A stretch of 64,000 nucleotides of DNA from an uncultured Acidobacteriota bacterium (GTDB lineage Bacteria; Acidobacteriota; Thermoanaerobaculia; Multivoradales; UBA5704), in contig CAVYRF010000002.1 of NCBI GenBank assembly GCA_963770895.1, forward strand, positions 4,992,001-5,056,000. The letters are read 5' to 3'. A program made the position numbers and the translations under genes. The notes below the pieces were generated by a model. That model saw only the letters and a program-made list of their open reading frames with translations, had not been told where the DNA came from and searched no databases. This document shows positions 37,730 through 46,146 of the stretch, piece after piece. Every line of letters begins with the position of its first letter. The first letter of the stretch is position 1.

Positions 37730-38191
37730 GGCTCCCTCCTGGCGGATGCAGCGCATTCTGCCGCCGGAACCGTGCCCAGCGCTATCCGCTTCTTGCGCTG
37801 GTTGTGCACTCGCTGACCTCGGGCCCTTCATCGCAGCGCCAGCACTTGACCCACGCCGGCCAGCGACCCTCGTGCAGGTCGTTCAGGAACCGCTAGCAAG
37901 CCCCCCCGCGTTGTGGCACGTCGATTTCGCAGAAGGTTCGGCTTGCCGACGTAGCGGGCGAACCGGCACTCCGGATTCACCTGCGCGATGCTCGCAGTGT
38001 CGAGTGGGAGGCGATCTCTCAGGTCCAGGAAACGTTCATCTCATTCAAGCTGGCTCCGGAAGCCGCGAGTAGCATCTTTACCCTACTTTCCGAGGACTCT
38101 AAATCTGAACCTATTCGATTGGCCTTTCTGCACCCGCAGATCGAGTCGGTTCGCAGGACACTTCAACCGAGGGAACTAACCGAGCGCGACG

Positions 38192-39955
38192 CTAATTGCT
38201 GGCGGTGCAGGGTAGGGCGGAGGTGTCCTGGATTGGGGGGGCGGCGGTGTTTGGAGGATTGGTGTAGGTGGTGAAGTTGCCGGTCTGGGTGTCGAGGAGT
38301 TGCAGGGTGAAGGCAACGTTGGTGTCGGCGGCGGCGAAGAGCCAGAAGCGGTTGTTGACGGCACAGCCGTCCAGGATCTTGACCAGCAGTTCCGGGTTGC
38401 CGGGAGCGAAGAACCAGAAGAGGCCGCCCTGGGCTATGCCCAGGCTCTTGAGGGGGATCGGAGTGGCGCTTCCCGATTGGGCGGCGGAGGTGAAGGCCGC
38501 GGTGATGGCGAAGCGGCTGTCGCCGGGCTGGTGGTCGATGCAAAGGGTGGTCGAGTTGGCGGTGCAGGGTGTCGAAGGGGCGAGGACCGCGGCGATCGGA
38601 TCGACCCATTGGTAGCCGTTGGTCGCATCCCAATTGACCGACCATGTCATGGCGCCGCGGATGCCGGGCCACAGGGTGGGTGGGTGGAAGATGCCGCAGG
38701 CGTTGCCGGTTTGCAGGCAGGCCAACGCTGCCAGGACGACGGCCGACGGGACGTAACCGCTGCCCGCCGCGGGGGTGGCGGGCGTGCCGATGCCGACCTG
38801 GTCGGGTCGCAGGCCGTTTTCCAGCTCGGTACAGGCGAGCGCGGTCAGAAAGTCCACGTTGCCTTCGGCGTAGATGTTGCCGTCGCAGCCAGCGGTTGTG
38901 CCGGAGTCGTAGTACTGGACGTTGACCACCGTCAGGATGTCCTTGATGCTGAGCGCCAGTTGAAAGTAATCCGTGGTGGTCACGCTCATGTCGTACGTTC
39001 CTGGCGCCATCGTGATCAGGACGCCCGGCCTGGCGGTGGCGATCGCCCGCAGACCCAGGCTTAGCGCTGCCGGCGTGATGCCGTGCTCCAGGTCGATGTC
39101 CACGCCATCGAAACCGTATTGGTTCATCAGGCCAAGCACGCTGCTGGCGAAGACACCGGCCGCCGCCGAGTCGCTCACCGTGATCGTCCCGTCCGCGCCG
39201 CCGACAGAAAGGACGACCTTGCGGCCCTGCGCGTGGAGCACGGCAATATCGCTGATGAACTCCGCGTCGCCGCCATAGCCAAGGTCGGCGGCGTCAAGCT
39301 GAAACGCAACCCCGCCGGGAGTCGCCGTCGCACTTGCAAACGCCACCGCCACCAGGTTGTAACCGGGCGGCACGTCGCGCAGTTTGAGCACCGTCGCCCC
39401 ATTGACAAAGTTCTGCCAATACCCCGTCACCAGGTGAGCCGGCGCACTGCTCGCCGCCGCCGTCGTAGCCGCCATCGCGGCGGTCGCAACCGTTGCCGCG
39501 GTCGCCGGCCCTGCCATCGTTGGCGCTGTCGCAGGGGGCGCTGCGGTCGCCGCTGCCGCCGCTCTTGCCGCCATCGCGGCGATCGCAACTGTCGCCGCGG
39601 TCGCCGGCCCTGCGATCGCTGGCGCGGTCGCAGGGGGCGCTGCGGTCACCGCTGTTGCCACCATTGCCGCGGTCGCAACTGTCGCCGCGGTCGCCGGCCC
39701 TGCCATTGTTGGCGCAGTCGCAGGGGCCGCTGCGGCCGCCGCGGTTGCCAGCGCCGCAGCTGTTGCCACCATCGCCGCGGTTGTAGCCGTTGTCGCCATT
39801 GACGACGATCCTCGAAGCGCTATGAGACACGTCGCGATGCAGACGGCAAAGCTACGCGGAATCGCGGTTTGGCGGCGCCGTTCGCCGCGACCGCCGTCGC
39901 TCGGCGGCACCTGCCGCTGGAGCCTTGCGCCCTTCAGCGCTACGTGATCCTTCAT
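38192..39955 (-). CDS. Secreted GH18 chitinase with Ala/Thr tandem-repeat linker and conserved C-terminal domain (start uncertain)
   Basis: GYWQNF, LSVGGA, FDGVDIDLE (DxDxE), GAMTWSVNWD. Confidence 0.88.
   Translation of the reverse strand: MKDHVALKGARLQRQVPPSDGGRGERRRQTAIPRSFAVCIATCLIALRGSSSMATTATTAAMVATAAALATAAAAAAPATAPTMAGPATAATVATAAMVATAVTAAPPATAPAIAGPATAATVAIAAMAARAAAAATAAPPATAPTMAGPATAATVATAAMAATTAAASSAPAHLVTGYWQNFVNGATVLKLRDVPPGYNLVAVAFASATATPGGVAFQLDAADLGYGGDAEFISDIAVLHAQGRKVVLSVGGADGTITVSDSAAAGVFASSVLGLMNQYGFDGVDIDLEHGITPAALSLGLRAIATARPGVLITMAPGTYDMSVTTTDYFQLALSIKDILTVVNVQYYDSGTTAGCDGNIYAEGNVDFLTALACTELENGLRPDQVGIGTPATPAAGSGYVPSAVVLAALACLQTGNACGIFHPPTLWPGIRGAMTWSVNWDATNGYQWVDPIAAVLAPSTPCTANSTTLCIDHQPGDSRFAITAAFTSAAQSGSATPIPLKSLGIAQGGLFWFFAPGNPELLVKILDGCAVNNRFWLFAAADTNVAFTLQLLDTQTGNFTTYTNPPNTAAPPIQDTSALPCTASN
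39470..39770. repeat. Three degenerate ~90-100 bp coding tandem repeats (APPATAPTMAGPATAATVATAAM)
   Basis: gtcgcaac.gt.gccgcggtcgccggccctgc recurs near 39483, 39582 and 39672. Confidence 0.8.
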
Positions 39956-40233
39956 GCGCTCACCGCTTGGCTGTCCCATGACCCAAAGAGGAATCAATTT
40001 TACTGGCGTGCCCCCTTGCGCATCCGTAGCGCCAGGACCTGCCGCCTTGGCCGACCTTTGCGCCGTGGGTGGCGACGGTCGTGCTGCGATGGTCCGGACA
40101 CTCTGCCATGCCGCTTGCAGCATATCTTGGCAGGCGGACCGCGCGCGCGATGGTGGTGTGGTGATCGAGGGTGAACGGATGGTGGCGAGCAGGCTGTGGT
40201 GGTGGACCGAGGTTTTGCGCCTTGCTTGCTGGG

Positions 40234-41772
40234 TCACCGGTCGACTCCGAAGTCGTAGTAATCGTTGGCGGGGCCGAGGAGGAGTGCATATTCGCCTGGT
40301 GGCAGCGGCGCCAGGGGGCGGACACGAAAGCGGGCTTGGCGGCGGCTTCCGGCGGCGTCGGGCGGCTGCTGCTGGATGGCGAGGTGGATGGGATCTTCGG
40401 CTTGACGAAAGTGCCAGGATCTGGCCTGGGACGGATCGGCGGGCCTTTTCAGCTCGCGCCGGCCGGCAAAGGCATCGAGCCGGAACAGGACGATCGCGCT
40501 GGGGATGGAAAGGTCGGTCGGGTAGGTTGCCTCGAACGTTGGCGTCGGGGTGGCAACGCGCACGGCGGCGCGCGGCCCGGGGAACACGCTGGTGGTGGTC
40601 CTGGCGAGGCCGGGAAGCATGGCCTTGAGGGCGCTGGGACCGATCAAGATGCAGGCTGCCCTTTGCATGCGCTGCTCGCGCCCGGGCAGCCGCAGGCCGT
40701 CATCCCGGATGAGCTTCAGTCCCGGCTGGCCGTCACTTTCGGCGGCATGGGCTGCGGCTGCCGTCGCTTCCTCCGAGTCTTGTACGGCGGTCGTTTGGGC
40801 ACCTGCGGCACGCAGCATCGCGGCGAGCACGGAGTCGCCGATGCCGGCGTTCTTGAGGGCGATGAGGGCTTCGGGCGTGGTCGTGAAGCGAGCCGGGGTG
40901 TGCTCGATGGCGACAACGATCAAGTCGTCCCCCAGATTCGCCTTTTTCATCGCCACGATGTCCTGGTTGTGCAGCGCCTTGGCGCCCGGCGGTTCGTGAC
41001 AGCTGTCGGGCGAGATCGCCCGGCCGTCGGCCAGTCGCACGGTGAGTGGGGCGGGCGGCGCTGCAGGCGCCGTCAAGACCCCCGGCGCCCAAAGCGCAGC
41101 CATCCGCGCCGGTGTCGCCGAGGCCAGTGGCGTCGCTGGTGTGCCTGGTGCCCACGGGGTTGCGGGCGTTGGCGGCGCGGCTGCGGATGGGCGCCCGGTT
41201 TGGGCGCTGATTGCCAGGGCGGTGGCGGCGGCCAGGGCCATGACGCGGGTCTTGCGGAGGCGCCGGCGGGGCGCTTGGAGGGTCAGCTTGGCGGTGGCCT
41301 GGGCGCGCGAGAATTTGGCGATGGCCGACGAGGGCAGGGTGGAGATCTTGTCGGGAGTCAGCTTGCCGGTGGTGACGCGGCTGGTCTGCCTGCCGTGTTT
41401 TGGTTTGCGGCCCGCGGTCCCTGGCAGCCGGCGCGGCCCCGCGGCGAGTCGCGTCTTGATTGGGTTTGCCGGCAGCGTCACAGGGCGGGCAGTGGCTGCA
41501 GGCTGGGGGCTGGGGTTGTGGGCCGGCGCCGGCGGGGGCGCCTTTTTCATGGCGTGTGCCTTGGTCCCTGTCAGAGCCTTTGGCGTCGACGGGGGCATCC
41601 TCTTTGGAGCCGTCCGGGGCCTTGTGCGGGGCATCGCCTGGGCCATGGTCGGCGCCAGCATCCTGGCGAGGAACCGTTTGAGCTTTGTGGCCGAGGTGCT
41701 GGCGGGGCTTGCGGCTGCGGTGGTCCTTGGTGAGCTGCCTGGGCATGGGGTGCTGCTGATCTTGGTTGCCAC
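40234..41772 (-). CDS. Hypothetical protein: basic Lys/Pro/Ala-rich N-half, then signal-like segment and LxNxDIxxMxKAxL helical domain (may be two genes)
   Basis: GAGG RBS before GTG; LHNQDIVAMKKANLGDDLIVVAI...LIALKNAGIGDSVLAAM. Confidence 0.6.
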   Translation of the reverse strand: MATKISSTPCPGSSPRTTAAASPASTSATKLKRFLARMLAPTMAQAMPRTRPRTAPKRMPPSTPKALTGTKAHAMKKAPPPAPAHNPSPQPAATARPVTLPANPIKTRLAAGPRRLPGTAGRKPKHGRQTSRVTTGKLTPDKISTLPSSAIAKFSRAQATAKLTLQAPRRRLRKTRVMALAAATALAISAQTGRPSAAAPPTPATPWAPGTPATPLASATPARMAALWAPGVLTAPAAPPAPLTVRLADGRAISPDSCHEPPGAKALHNQDIVAMKKANLGDDLIVVAIEHTPARFTTTPEALIALKNAGIGDSVLAAMLRAAGAQTTAVQDSEEATAAAAHAAESDGQPGLKLIRDDGLRLPGREQRMQRAACILIGPSALKAMLPGLARTTTSVFPGPRAAVRVATPTPTFEATYPTDLSIPSAIVLFRLDAFAGRRELKRPADPSQARSWHFRQAEDPIHLAIQQQPPDAAGSRRQARFRVRPLAPLPPGEYALLLGPANDYYDFGVDR

Positions 41773-41879
41773 GGTCTACCTCTTTGCCGCGGCCGGTTTT
41801 GGCCGCGGTTGAAAACGACGTCTATCCAGGTAGACGCAAAAGCTCGCTCCGTACGCGCATCAGCTGATATGAAGCGCGG

Positions 41880-43097
41880 GTGCGAGTTCTGATGGTGGCG
41901 ACCAAGGCGCCGTGGCCGCCGCTCGACGGCGGGCGGCTGTTGCTGCTGCGGACGATCGAAGGTCTGGCGGCGGCGGGGGCGGCGGTGACGCTGGCGGCGC
42001 CGGTGGACGTGGGCCGGCAGCCGCTGGCGGCGGTGGCCGCGGAGCTGGGAAAAGTGTGCACGCCGGCGCTGGTGGCCGGGCGCCCGGCCGGACCGGGGCG
42101 CACGCTGGCGCGCGCGGTGGGCGGCCGGCCGATCTCCATTGCGCGGCATACCTCGCCCGCGCTGCGGCGGCAGGTGGAGATGCTGCTGGCGCAGGAGCGC
42201 TTTGACGTGGTGCACGCCGAACAGCTACAGGCGCTGCCGCAGGCCTTGCCGCCGGCGCGCGCGCGGGCGCTGCCGGTGGTGCTGCGGGCGCAGAACGTCG
42301 AGAGCTCCCTGTGGGCGGCAGCCGGTGCCGGTCCGCTGTGGGCCTGGGAGGCGCGGCGCCTTGCCGCCTGGGAGGGGCGGGCGGTGGCGTCCGTGGATGC
42401 CACGGCGGCTCTGACCGCCGTGGATGCCGCGGCGCTGTCGCGCCTGGCGACGGCGGCGGGCTCGCCCGGCGCCCGCGTGATCGAGCTGGCGGCGCCGTTC
42501 GCGGCGGACCTGGCGGCGGGACCGCAGGGCCTGCCCGGCGAGCCGGCGGTGGTGATCCTGGGCAGTCTGGGCTGGCGGCCCAATCAGGACGCTTTGGCTT
42601 GGTTTGCCGATCGGATCTGGCCGGCGGTGCGCGCCAGCCTGCCGCAGGCGCGCCTGCACGTGTTCGGCGTGACCGCCGCCGGGCGGGCGGCGACGGCGGC
42701 CGGCGCGGGTCCTGTTCCGGGTGGAGAGGGGATCGAGTGGCACGCGGCTCCGGACGACAGCTCCGCGGCGTTCGCCGCCGGCTCCGTCCACGTCGTGCCG
42801 CTGCGGTTCGGGTCGGGGGTGCGCATGAAGGTGCTGGAGGCCTGGGCGCGCGGCGTGCCGGTGGTGACCACCCCCCAGGGGGCTGCCGGCCTGGACGCCC
42901 GCGACGGCGTCGAGCTGCTGGTGGCGCGCGACGCCGCGTCCTTTGCCGCAGCTCTCAAGCGCCTGCGCGACGAGCCTCTGCTTGCCTCTTGCCTGGTCCG
43001 CGGCGGCCACGCCGCCCTGCGGCAGCGCCACGATCCCGCGACGCTGGCCCAGCGCCTGCTCGACATCTACCGTGGCGCGCAGGGCGCCGCTGGATGA
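41880..43097 (+). CDS. Glycosyltransferase family 4
   Basis: PWPPLDGG, PLRFGSGVRMKVLEAWARGVPVV. Confidence 0.9.
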   Translation: MRVLMVATKAPWPPLDGGRLLLLRTIEGLAAAGAAVTLAAPVDVGRQPLAAVAAELGKVCTPALVAGRPAGPGRTLARAVGGRPISIARHTSPALRRQVEMLLAQERFDVVHAEQLQALPQALPPARARALPVVLRAQNVESSLWAAAGAGPLWAWEARRLAAWEGRAVASVDATAALTAVDAAALSRLATAAGSPGARVIELAAPFAADLAAGPQGLPGEPAVVILGSLGWRPNQDALAWFADRIWPAVRASLPQARLHVFGVTAAGRAATAAGAGPVPGGEGIEWHAAPDDSSAAFAAGSVHVVPLRFGSGVRMKVLEAWARGVPVVTTPQGAAGLDARDGVELLVARDAASFAAALKRLRDEPLLASCLVRGGHAALRQRHDPATLAQRLLDIYRGAQGAAG

Positions 43098-43140
43098 CGT
43101 GCCCGGGGCTGCCGGCGCCGGGGCTGACTTGGAGGGCCTG

Positions 43141-44226
43141 ATGCCACGACGACCACGACTGCCGCGACGACCTGCCTGCCTTGGCGCCACCTGGCGCCGG
43201 CGCTGCTTGCCGGTACTGCGGGTACTGCCGGTTCTGCCGCTTCCGGCGCTGGTCCTGATGCTGGCCGCCGCCCTGGCCGCCGTCGCGCTGGTGCCGGGAC
43301 GGGGGCAGGCGGACCCGCCGGGCGGGCGGCCCGCGGCGGCCGCCGGCTTGCGGGTGGTGGCGTTGGGGAGCGCGCAGGATGGGGGTCTGCCGCAGATCGG
43401 CTGCGAGTGCCCGCGGTGCGCGGCGGCTCGCCGCAACCCGGCGCTGGGGCGGCACGTGGCGAGCCTGGCGATTCAGGTGCCGGTGACCGGCCAGGTGCTG
43501 CTGGTGGATGCGACGCCGGATCTGCCGGCGCAGGTGGAGCGGATTCACCTGTTCCGGCCGCATCCCGAAGGCGGCGTCGACCGGCGGCCGGTCGACGGGG
43601 TGCTGCTGACGCACGCTCACATCGGCCACTACCTGGGCCTGGCCTGGTTCGGCTTCGAAGCGCTCAACACCGATGCCATCCCGGTGTGGGCGTCGCCGCG
43701 GATGGCAGCCTTTCTGCGCGGCAGCGGCCCCTGGAGCGAGCTGGTGCGCCGCCGCAACATCGACCTGCGCATCTGCGAAGCGGACCGCCGCCTGCAGCTG
43801 GCCGACGGGGTCGCGGTGACTCCCATCGCGGTGCCGCACCGCGACGAGCTTTCGGATACGTTGGGGTTTGTCGTCCACGGCGCGACGAAGAACCTGCTGT
43901 ACGTCCCCGATACCGATTCCTGGCGCGCCTGGCCGCGTCCCCTGCCGGAGATCCTGGCGCGGTACAAGGTGGACGTCGCCGTCGTCGATGGCACCTTCTA
44001 TTCGGCCGCCGAGCTGCCCGACCGCGACCCCAGGACGATCCCGCACCCGCCGATGACCGACACCATGGATCTGCTCGCGCCGCTGGTCGCGAGCGGTGGG
44101 CTGCGGGTGTACTTCACCCACCTCAACCACACCAACCCCGCGCTCGAGCCCGCCAGCCCGGCCCGCCGGGCGATCGAGGCGCGCGGCTTCCGGGTTCTGG
44201 CCGACGGCGAAGCCTTCGTGCTCTGA
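43141..44226 (+). CDS. PqqB-like MBL-fold metallohydrolase with signal peptide
   Basis: LGSAQDGGLPQIGCECPRC, THAHIGHY, DGTFYS, THLNHTNP. Confidence 0.85.
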   Translation: MPRRPRLPRRPACLGATWRRRCLPVLRVLPVLPLPALVLMLAAALAAVALVPGRGQADPPGGRPAAAAGLRVVALGSAQDGGLPQIGCECPRCAAARRNPALGRHVASLAIQVPVTGQVLLVDATPDLPAQVERIHLFRPHPEGGVDRRPVDGVLLTHAHIGHYLGLAWFGFEALNTDAIPVWASPRMAAFLRGSGPWSELVRRRNIDLRICEADRRLQLADGVAVTPIAVPHRDELSDTLGFVVHGATKNLLYVPDTDSWRAWPRPLPEILARYKVDVAVVDGTFYSAAELPDRDPRTIPHPPMTDTMDLLAPLVASGGLRVYFTHLNHTNPALEPASPARRAIEARGFRVLADGEAFVL

Positions 44227-44253
44227 CCGCCGCCGCCGGGGCGAGGCGGGCGG

Positions 44254-45018
44254 CTACACGTAGAAGGGGATGCGGTCGCTGCTGCGGCGGAAGGCGTAGC
44301 CGCCGAGCGCGAGCGCCACGGCGGTGATGCCGACGCAGACCGCCAGGTGCTCCAGCGGCGGGATCTTGCCGTAATGGATGGGGTCGCGGAACACTTCCAG
44401 GACAGAGCGCAGCGGATTGAAACGGACGACCCAGCGCACGTTGTCGGGCAGGATGGCCATGGGATAGAAGATCGGCGTCAGGTACATGAGCACGGTCAGC
44501 AGCACGCCGACCAGCTCGACCACGTCGCTGAAGAAAACCGCCAGCGGCGACAGCAGCAGCCCGGCGCCCAGGGTGAACAGGCCGACCAGCAGGATGGAAA
44601 CCGGCAGGAACAGCAGCGCCGGCGACAGGGTGTGCTCCAGGAGGATCAGGATCACCAGGGTCGGCAGCAGCGCGAAGACCAGGTTGACGACGCCCGAGAT
44701 CACGGTGGCGAGCGGGAAGACCGCCTTGGGCACCGGCATCTTTTGCAGCAGCGGTGCGTTGCCGCGCAGGCTGTTCATCGACGACACGATGCTTTGCGAA
44801 AAGAAGTTCCAGAACAGGATGCCGGCCAGGGCGTACACCGGGTAGTGCGGCAGGTTGAAGCGGAACAGCTTGCTGAACACCAGGTAGAAGACCAGCATCA
44901 TCAGGAGCGGCTGCAGCATGGTCCACACAAAACCGATGACCGAGCGCCGGTAGCGCACTTTCAGCTCGCGCGCCACCAGGGTCATCACGAGGTCGCGGTA
45001 GCGGAAGATTTCAAGCAT
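44254..45018 (-). CDS. ABC-2 polysaccharide exporter permease (Wzm-like)
   Basis: RELKVRYRRSVIGFVW, YLTPIFYP, FNPL. Confidence 0.9.
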   Translation of the reverse strand: MLEIFRYRDLVMTLVARELKVRYRRSVIGFVWTMLQPLLMMLVFYLVFSKLFRFNLPHYPVYALAGILFWNFFSQSIVSSMNSLRGNAPLLQKMPVPKAVFPLATVISGVVNLVFALLPTLVILILLEHTLSPALLFLPVSILLVGLFTLGAGLLLSPLAVFFSDVVELVGVLLTVLMYLTPIFYPMAILPDNVRWVVRFNPLRSVLEVFRDPIHYGKIPPLEHLAVCVGITAVALALGGYAFRRSSDRIPFYV

Positions 45019-45054
45019 GAGAGGTTGGGCGCCAGCCGGCGGAAGGGTGGGAGC

Positions 45055-46146
45055 TTAGCAGGTTTCCGCCGTCCCCGGCGCTCGCCGCAGCGCCACCACC
45101 GCCGCCACGGCCCGTGCCACGCCCGCCGTCTGGGCGTCGAAGCGGGCCCGTTCGGCGCGCGGCGTCCACGGCGCCAGCATCCGGCGCCCGAGCAGGCGCA
45201 TCCGCCCGCCCCAGACCAGGGCGCGGGCCGCCCGCCGCTTGCCACGCGCGCCGGCGCGTTTGGCTGCCCAGCGCAACAGGTCGGTCCACAGCAGCTCGAG
45301 GTTTTGCGCCCCGCGCGCCGCGGCGCCCCCGCCGCCGGCCGTCTGTCCCCCCGCTCCCCCCGCCGCGCCCGGTCCCCCGGCTTCGCCCGCGATCGTGGCG
45401 CCGTGGTGGTGCAGCACGGCAAACCGCGGCAGCACCGCCACCTGCCACCCCGCATCGCCGGCGCGCAGGCAGAGGTCGAGGTCCTGAGCGTACAGACGGA
45501 AGCGCTCGTCGAGCGGTCCGAGCGCCTGCCAGACCGAGCGCCGCACCGCCAGCGCCGCGCCGGTCACCCATGCCACCGGCAGTTCTCCCGCCGTCCCCGC
45601 CGCCCCCGCCGTGCCTGGCGGGCCCTCGGCCGGCGCGGTGCCGCTGGCCGGCCGCAGCCGCCGATAGAGGGGCAGGCGGGCGGCCAGCGCCGGCAGGCCG
45701 CTGGCCAGGCCGAACAGCCAGGCCGTTCCCGGCTGGCCGCCGCCGCTCCACTGGGGCGTGCCGTCCGGATAGTGCAGGGCGCCGCCGGCGATGCCGAGCC
45801 GCGGCAGGGCGGCAAAGCCCTCCAGCAGCGCCGCCAGCCCCTGGGCGTCGACCTGGGTGTCGCTGTTGAGCAGCAGCAGCACCTCGCCGGTCGCCGCGGC
45901 CATGCCGCGGTTGGCGGCGCGCGTGAAGCCGCGCTGCCGGTCCAGCCGCACCAACCCCACCCAGCCGTGACGCTGCGCGACCGCTTCGGCGGTGCCGTCG
46001 TCGCCGGCGTCGTCGACCAGCACGACCTCGATTCCGGCCAGCTCGCGCCGCCCGCGCGCCGCGGCGAGCGAGTCCAGGCAGGCCAGGGTGAGGTGGCGGG
46101 TGTTGCGGCTGGGCACCACCACCGACAGCGGTGGGGGAGGTGTCAC
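45055..46146 (-). CDS. Glycosyltransferase family 2
   Basis: LSVVVPSRN, VDDAGDDG, LLLNSD, WVTGA, LDERFRLY; GTGA overlap with upstream gene. Confidence 0.88.
   Translation of the reverse strand: MTPPPPLSVVVPSRNTRHLTLACLDSLAAARGRRELAGIEVVLVDDAGDDGTAEAVAQRHGWVGLVRLDRQRGFTRAANRGMAAATGEVLLLLNSDTQVDAQGLAALLEGFAALPRLGIAGGALHYPDGTPQWSGGGQPGTAWLFGLASGLPALAARLPLYRRLRPASGTAPAEGPPGTAGAAGTAGELPVAWVTGAALAVRRSVWQALGPLDERFRLYAQDLDLCLRAGDAGWQVAVLPRFAVLHHHGATIAGEAGGPGAAGGAGGQTAGGGGAAARGAQNLELLWTDLLRWAAKRAGARGKRRAARALVWGGRMRLLGRRMLAPWTPRAERARFDAQTAGVARAVAAVVALRRAPGTAETC

Noticed and set aside
39470-39770. CRISPR-like repeat-spacer pattern
   Set aside because: Degenerate at third codon positions and in frame within the chitinase, so a coding repeat.
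43141-44226. PQQ biosynthesis cluster, or the maturase for the precursor peptides
   Set aside because: No pqqA/C/D/E, the precursors lack the ExxxY motif, and the protein has a signal peptide.
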